The position numbers were made by a program, and so were the translations under genes. From a virus, in the IMG/VR virus record IMGVR_UViG_3300032236_000879, positions 19,247 to 83,246 of that record: a stretch of DNA of 64,000 nt, one strand, 5' to 3'. This document shows positions 58,399-64,000 of this stretch, in pieces. The notes under the pieces were generated by a model, which made no database searches, was not told the origin of the DNA, and saw only the letters and a list, made by a program, of their open reading frames with translations. How positions within the stretch are numbered: position 1 is the stretch's first letter; each line of letters starts with the position of its first letter.

Positions 58399-59545
58399 TC
58401 AACCCCAGGATTATCAATTATCAATAGATGCTCGTCTAGATTCAATATGGGTTGATATAAAACCATACAAAGACTTGTGTTGTTTTATATACGCAGGTGC
58501 TCATCAAGAATATGATATTAGAAATAGAACTGCTAGCAATATACTGACTCAATTAGAAGAAGAAATTGATAGTGGAAAACGAAACATATTCTTTGACTGT
58601 GCAGGAGAAGGTATTCCTATTCCTCACATATTATTTGTTCATGAAATCATAACAAAAGCAAAGACTCGCTTTTCTGATATTAATTACTTTTTCATTACTG
58701 GTGCATCAGACGGTGATTCTGCCTACAAGAAACTCTGTGCTGATCTAAGGATAGAGCCATTAATGGAAATAGTTTCATGTAACTTTTTTGAATTTCACGC
58801 TAGATTCTATGCTGTATACACAACTGAATATAATCCCGTTATTAGAAACAAAGACTATGTATGTTTGAATAGAGTATTAAGATGGCATAGGGTAGCATTA
58901 TTGGATAAGCTGTTGAGTGAAAATCTAGTGACAGATAAATGTTATTACTCATTCTATAACACCTTAGAAGCTGATGGCGGAATCGGTGCTATAGTCAACT
59001 CTGACATCTATTTTTATCCTAACATAATAAACAATATTGATTTAGTAAAAACACTACGCCTTAATCATGATCCAAACAGAATTAATCCAGTCGATTTACG
59101 ATTGGAAGATTTGCATATGCACAATGATACATACTTTTCATTAATAACTGAAACTTTGTATTACGCTAAACCTTCATCGGACGACACAGTTGGCTTTCAA
59201 GATTGTATTTTCTTCAGTGAAAAGATATACAAGCCAATCGCAGCATTACACCCATTTATACTTGTTGCAAGACCTTATTCTATTGCAAAACTTAACGAGC
59301 GCGGCTTCAGGACTTTTCACCCATATATAAATGAGAGTTATGATACTATCGAAGATGATGAGGATAGGTTAGATGCTATTGTTACCGAGGTTAAACGATT
59401 AACTAGTCAGACACCAGAACAATGGGAAAATTGGTGCAATAACATTAAATCTATTGTCGAACACAATCAGCGTATCCTATTCAATGAAAACAATGGATAC
59501 ATAATAAATGCTAAAGATTTAATCGGTCACTTGGTAGGTGTCTAA
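58376..59545 (+). CDS. Putative GT10-like glycosyltransferase, paralog 3
   Basis: VCLNR..RWHR; YFSLITET...FFSEKIYKP....HPFI...GFRTFHPYINESYD. Confidence 0.5.
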   Translation: MAIHDKYNQPQDYQLSIDARLDSIWVDIKPYKDLCCFIYAGAHQEYDIRNRTASNILTQLEEEIDSGKRNIFFDCAGEGIPIPHILFVHEIITKAKTRFSDINYFFITGASDGDSAYKKLCADLRIEPLMEIVSCNFFEFHARFYAVYTTEYNPVIRNKDYVCLNRVLRWHRVALLDKLLSENLVTDKCYYSFYNTLEADGGIGAIVNSDIYFYPNIINNIDLVKTLRLNHDPNRINPVDLRLEDLHMHNDTYFSLITETLYYAKPSSDDTVGFQDCIFFSEKIYKPIAALHPFILVARPYSIAKLNERGFRTFHPYINESYDTIEDDEDRLDAIVTEVKRLTSQTPEQWENWCNNIKSIVEHNQRILFNENNGYIINAKDLIGHLVGV

Positions 59546-59553
59546 ATATCAGT

Positions 59554-59895
59554 ATGCACTTTAATCTTATTCCGCTAACTAACAAAAACACTGCCCCCAA
59601 AACAAAACCTACAGAAGATATCTCGGGCAATCGTTCACTACTCACCTGTCATATCATAAAGGATAAAGTAATGACATCAAGCGAAGACACAAGTTCCGCT
59701 CATTTACGCCAGTCATTCTGGAGGAGCTATCTTCTGAATATTTTGATATCCCTTATAGCCGGAATAACCCTAGGTATATGCCAATCATCATTACTTGTAG
59801 GCATCCTGACTTATTTCCTGCTATTGTTTATATTAACAGGACTTCTAGTATTCAGACTGACTCGAAAGCTAGCTCAGGAATTAAACGACTACTAG
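59554..59895 (+). CDS. Small membrane protein (two predicted TM helices)
   Basis: Hydrophobic stretches LLNILISLIAGITLGIC and LLVGILTYFLLLFILTGLLVF; CTAAATA 5 nt before ATG; alternative start 59672. Confidence 0.5.
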   Translation: MHFNLIPLTNKNTAPKTKPTEDISGNRSLLTCHIIKDKVMTSSEDTSSAHLRQSFWRSYLLNILISLIAGITLGICQSSLLVGILTYFLLLFILTGLLVFRLTRKLAQELNDY

Positions 59896-59912
59896 AACAT
59901 TGGTATTACAAC

Positions 59913-62900
59913 ATGTTGAGAGATGTATTTTACTACGGCGCTAAACCAAACGTCCATCCACGAGAAAGATTTGCGGAATCACTAGCAGATGCTAGGCAAA
60001 AATGCACAACAGATAGCTTTTGGATAATCAATGAGTTCTGTGATTATCGTGGTTTTGATTGGGACTTTGATTTTGAGTTCCTACCGGACGAAGATGTATG
60101 GGCAGAAGAACACAACAATGTCTGGCCAAGTCAACATCAAAAAGATTCAGGTACATGGTTGTGTCCTAAAGAATTTAGTGCTGTCATCATTTATCGCGGT
60201 GACGTAGAACCTGTTCGTCGTAAAAATCTAAAGTCTGACAACTGGGCAGAACTAGACTTAATTGACCCGTCATTTGATTTCTCATGGCATCCTGATCCAA
60301 CTGCACCTCCTTATATCTATAAGTGGGGATGTAAATTCTTTCCTGTACAGCTTAAGTCTGTGCTAGAATATCACACTCCGGGTGCTACTGAAATCAAGTA
60401 CATGACTTCTATTGTCGAGTTATTGCCTGAAGAAGATAAATGGGTCGAAGCACAGTCAATCGATAAACATAAGTTTGATATGTCGTGGAGACCTAATCCA
60501 CTTGATCCACCATTCATCTACGTATGGGGAAACAAGTGGATTGATGGCACTCTAAAGTCTACTCTAGAATATCATGCGCCGGGTGCAATTGATAGAAAGT
60601 ATATGTCTGAAAAGTTAGAAATTCTACCTGAATGGGATAAGTGGGTAGAAGTACAGAAGGTCGATCACACGAGATTTGATTTCTCATGGAGACCTGATCC
60701 CAGAGAACCTGCGTATATCTATACTTGGGGTAATAAATGGATCGCTGCTGAAGAACTACCTACATTAGAATATCATATGCCGGGTGCAATTGATAGAAAG
60801 TATATGACCAATGATGTTCCTGTCCTTCCTGAATTAGATAGATGGAAGATACTCAAGAAGATTGATGAATCTAGTTTTGATTTCTCATGGAGACCCGATC
60901 CTAGAGAACCTCCTATGACCTATGTTTTTGGCAATCAGTGGTATGATGCAGGTAAGATGCCTACTATCATGTATACAATGCCTGAAGGTCATGATATCAA
61001 GTATATGGATACGTTCAAAGCTAAGCTAGCAAATGATTCTAGTAAGTATGAACATCTTGAAGCTGCATTCTTGGATGATTATTCTTGGGTACCTGATCCT
61101 GATTCACCCCCGTACATCTATGCATGGGGAAATCAGTGGAATAAACCTGAAGATAAAATCAGCATTCAATATACTGTGCCCGGTGCAACTGAATACAAAT
61201 ATATGGAAAAACGAGCAACTCGTCTACCTTCCATGAAGAATTGGTTGATTCCTGATAATATAAACATTGAAGGGTTTGACCTTTCATGGGAACCTGATCC
61301 TCATTCTCCTCCTTATATCTATCAATTTGCTACACTATTAGATGATATATGGGTAGATGATGGGCCTAAGTATATCACTCCTGGCAATGATGGGGTTGTT
61401 GTTCGATTAGAAAATTCTATTCTACACACCGAAAAAATAAGCTATCCAAAATATATGATAGAAACTACTCTAGCTGATTTAATAAAAGAACATCCTACAG
61501 AAATGTTCTGGGCTCTAAATAAGAATATCAATTATGATGAGTTTGATTTTAACTGGACACCGAAAAAGGAAGATTTGTTTAATGTGACAGTTTTTGGTTC
61601 ACCGGAGAGTGAAACGACTCACACATACTTTGTCAATGCAAAGTATTATTTAGAAGGATATACCGGATTTAAATTTATTGAAGAAGATATAACCGCGGAT
61701 GATTCTAAGTATCTAGCTAAACTTTTTAAAAAACCAGATATGTTCTATGTTGATAGAAGCAATCCTGAATCATCAGTTAGATTTGAACAATTAAAATCAA
61801 GATTTGGAAATAAAATACAGAAGACTCGTTACCTAAATAGTTGGGTAGATACTATTAACCGCTGCATCAATCGTTCTACTACTGATTTGATTTGGATACT
61901 CAACTCAGAACTTGATTATTCTGATTTTGATTTTGACTATTATCCTAATCCTTGGCAGATGGAAATGGTACATGTATTTGGTACACAGTGGTCACATTGG
62001 GGAACTACCTTCATGGTCAATCGTGAAACTTTTCCGGTTGATACAAAATACATCAAAATTGTCGAACATCTTTCCAATCTCAATTTTGTCAAACATATTC
62101 GTGCTAAAGCTACAGCATGTGTGCATGATGTCATCATGATTGACCACGGTAATACAGACTTAAATGTAATAACTAACCAGATAGAAAGAAAGACAGGTAA
62201 GTCTGTTGTCACAACAATAAAATATGATGAAAGTTATCTGAATACCTTTAGAAATTTTATCAAGAAGTTACCGGATAAAAAAGAACACTATCTCTGGGCC
62301 TGTTCAAGTATATGTGACTATGCACAGTTTGATTTCACGTATATATGTGATCCTTTTGCCAAAGATAACTTGCATGTATTTCCTAGCGGAGCACAAAAGT
62401 TTGGTGATACATTCTTGATCGATGTGAACAAGACTAAAGCAATCATCGATCAAATGGAGAAGCTAGAAGAATATGATAAAGTTAATTTCAATAGCACGAT
62501 CAAGACTGAACGCCTTCCGGAACCGATCATCATCACAATGGATGACACCCATGTCGATGCTATCAATAAGGTTACTGACTTCCCTTATGCAACCATTCTC
62601 ACAAATGATAATGCAGGCATGGACAAGACAGTGATTGAACCTATGAACCTGTGGTCATCTGATACGAAAAACATTATAATCACGAGCACCGGTGCAACAC
62701 GTATTGTTGTGCCACGTGAGGCTAAAGAACACATAAAGAATGAACTCTACGATTATCCATATATCAAACGGGTAGCAAAGCTAACCAAGAGCAGACCGCT
62801 TGATATCATATTTTTGAGCAACGGAGAAACAGGTGCAGATGAAAATTGGGAATATCTGCAAAAAATAACCAAAGGATTACCTAATAGAGTAATCAGGGTA

Positions 62901-63461
62901 GACGGAGTAAATGGACGCGTTGCTGCATATCATGCAGCAGTAACTGCTAGTGAAACCCCGTGGTGCTTCACTGTGTTTGCTAAGTTACATATTAGTGCAA
63001 AGTTTGACTTCAATTGGCAACCGGATCGAATGCAGATTCCAAAGCATTATATCTTCCATGCAAAGAATCCGGTGAATGGTCTTGTTTACGGTCACCAAGC
63101 AATGATTGCATATAATAAGAAACTTACCCTTGCTAATGAAGGTCGAGGGCTAGACTTTACACTAGATGATGCACACGAAGTTGTTCCTCTGATTTCAGGT
63201 ACAGCAAAATATAACACGGATCCGTTCTCTACATGGCGAACAGCTTTCCGTGAAGTATTAAAGTTAAAGGCAGATAACAGCGAAGTATCCCGTGAACGAT
63301 TAGATGCTTGGTTGAACAAAGCTGAAGGTGACTATTCTGAATTTAGTATCAAAGGTGCATTGAATGCCGATGAATACTACGATGAGGTAAATGGTGACTT
63401 TGAAAAACTTAAGTTGAGTTATGAATGGGCATGGTTAAGGCAACGGTTCGACCAAATTTAA
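59913..63461 (+). CDS. Large multi-repeat GT-A-like glycosyltransferase
   Basis: ATG 59913 preferred (avoids a 118-nt overlap); C-terminal domain paralogous to 49010 (FLSNGE, RVDGV.G, NGLVYG, FSTWRTAFRE.LKL); Trp/Pro-rich repeats. Confidence 0.65.
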   Translation: MLRDVFYYGAKPNVHPRERFAESLADARQKCTTDSFWIINEFCDYRGFDWDFDFEFLPDEDVWAEEHNNVWPSQHQKDSGTWLCPKEFSAVIIYRGDVEPVRRKNLKSDNWAELDLIDPSFDFSWHPDPTAPPYIYKWGCKFFPVQLKSVLEYHTPGATEIKYMTSIVELLPEEDKWVEAQSIDKHKFDMSWRPNPLDPPFIYVWGNKWIDGTLKSTLEYHAPGAIDRKYMSEKLEILPEWDKWVEVQKVDHTRFDFSWRPDPREPAYIYTWGNKWIAAEELPTLEYHMPGAIDRKYMTNDVPVLPELDRWKILKKIDESSFDFSWRPDPREPPMTYVFGNQWYDAGKMPTIMYTMPEGHDIKYMDTFKAKLANDSSKYEHLEAAFLDDYSWVPDPDSPPYIYAWGNQWNKPEDKISIQYTVPGATEYKYMEKRATRLPSMKNWLIPDNINIEGFDLSWEPDPHSPPYIYQFATLLDDIWVDDGPKYITPGNDGVVVRLENSILHTEKISYPKYMIETTLADLIKEHPTEMFWALNKNINYDEFDFNWTPKKEDLFNVTVFGSPESETTHTYFVNAKYYLEGYTGFKFIEEDITADDSKYLAKLFKKPDMFYVDRSNPESSVRFEQLKSRFGNKIQKTRYLNSWVDTINRCINRSTTDLIWILNSELDYSDFDFDYYPNPWQMEMVHVFGTQWSHWGTTFMVNRETFPVDTKYIKIVEHLSNLNFVKHIRAKATACVHDVIMIDHGNTDLNVITNQIERKTGKSVVTTIKYDESYLNTFRNFIKKLPDKKEHYLWACSSICDYAQFDFTYICDPFAKDNLHVFPSGAQKFGDTFLIDVNKTKAIIDQMEKLEEYDKVNFNSTIKTERLPEPIIITMDDTHVDAINKVTDFPYATILTNDNAGMDKTVIEPMNLWSSDTKNIIITSTGATRIVVPREAKEHIKNELYDYPYIKRVAKLTKSRPLDIIFLSNGETGADENWEYLQKITKGLPNRVIRVDGVNGRVAAYHAAVTASETPWCFTVFAKLHISAKFDFNWQPDRMQIPKHYIFHAKNPVNGLVYGHQAMIAYNKKLTLANEGRGLDFTLDDAHEVVPLISGTAKYNTDPFSTWRTAFREVLKLKADNSEVSRERLDAWLNKAEGDYSEFSIKGALNADEYYDEVNGDFEKLKLSYEWAWLRQRFDQI
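60273..61330 (+). repeat. Six tandem ~201-bp (67-aa) coding repeats
   Basis: FDFSW.PDP..P.YIY.WGN.W units start at 60273, 60474, 60675, 60876, 61074 and 61275. Confidence 0.9.
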
Positions 63462-63483
63462 TAATTTTGGTTGGATAAACCGC

Positions 63484-63512
63484 TTGACTTACATGAATAA
63501 GATAAGTATATT
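63484..63512 (+). promoter_or_regulatory. sigma70-type promoter with an overlapping late-type GATAAGTA
   Basis: TTGACT-17 nt-TATATT; GATAAGTA at 63501-63508. Confidence 0.65.
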
Positions 63513-63539
63513 TGACATAATGTTTTTAGGAGATTATGA

Positions 63540-63875
63540 ATGAAGAATCTATTAGCAGCAGTTGCAGCACTCTTATTGGTCGCTACCCCCGCATTTGCTG
63601 ACGAGCACCATGAATATCGTGAACATCACGAGTACCGAGAACATCATGATCGCGGAAGCTGGGCAGTGCCTCTTTTAGGTGGTTTGATCGTAGGTGGAAT
63701 TATCGGAAGCCATTATAGAGAAGAACATCCGCACCCGGTATATGTTGCTCCTCGTCCCGTATATAATCCCGCTACTGTGTGTGAGAATTATTATGTGCGT
63801 GATGAGTATGGAAATTATGTCGTTGATCAGTATGGACGTGCTGTTATTCAGCAGCGTTGCTGGCAGCGATACTGA
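63540..63875 (+). CDS. Small exported/membrane protein with His-rich repeats
   Basis: Signal peptide ending AFA-D; HHEYRE x2; Gly-rich hydrophobic segment; AGGAG RBS. Confidence 0.7.
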   Translation: MKNLLAAVAALLLVATPAFADEHHEYREHHEYREHHDRGSWAVPLLGGLIVGGIIGSHYREEHPHPVYVAPRPVYNPATVCENYYVRDEYGNYVVDQYGRAVIQQRCWQRY

Positions 63876-63879
63876 GTAT

Positions 63880-64000
63880 TAGTTGTTGACGTAGACTGAA
63901 AACTAGGCAAGACGGGAGTGCGATTCTCCCCGCCTCCACCATCACTTTCTTATGGGGGCGACCAGTATCGATTGATAGATAATAGGGAAGCCGAGACTAA
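63880..64000 (+). ncRNA. ssrA: Circularly permuted (two-piece) tmRNA; coding piece truncated by the window edge; 5' boundary approximate
   Basis: T-arm GGGAG-TGCGATT-CTCCC plus CGCCTCC-A-CCA (63914-63941) lies upstream of GGGGGCG-ACCAGTATCGA (63954 onward); the two form a 7-bp acceptor stem with G3.U70. Confidence 0.85.

Noticed and set aside
59778-59912. N-terminal extension of the 1227-aa ORF
   Set aside because: Overlaps the membrane-protein gene by 118 nt; ATG 59913 is more plausible.
63901-63941. Ordinary tRNA-Ala
   Set aside because: No upstream 5' acceptor strand, D-arm or anticodon arm; the complementary strand lies downstream, as in permuted tmRNA.

Overview
AT-rich 64-kb segment of a large contractile-tailed (myovirus) jumbo-phage genome distantly related to T4. 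The RaK2/Atu_ph07-like assignment is inferred from gene order, not from a search. Minus strand, left end: gp46/gp47 recombination nuclease and a gp55-type late sigma factor. Plus strand: a late region with tube initiator, gp53, hub, gp5/VgrG spike, gp25, gp6, a 6500-aa multidomain baseplate protein and tail fibres, followed by an approximately 18-kb nucleotide-sugar/glycosyltransferase/methyltransferase/radical-SAM cluster. Highlights not in the ORF track: (1) a circularly permuted, two-piece tmRNA gene at the right edge, pointing to an alphaproteobacterial-type host; (2) three tandem genes sharing a ~26-aa N-terminal leader ending in (L/I)-D-E, resembling capsid-targeted internal cargo proteins; (3) a modular [GT10-like transferase, FkbM, NDP-sugar enzyme] x2 + transferase array under late promoters, a candidate pathway for a methylated L-sugar virion glycan; (4) late-promoter boxes exactly 5 nt before five ATGs, implying leaderless late mRNAs; (5) a structured RNA leader on an antisense HNH endonuclease and two decayed GIY-YIG-type remnants; (6) matched duplications in both coiled-coil arms of gp46. 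All functional calls come from motif recognition by eye; no searches were run.
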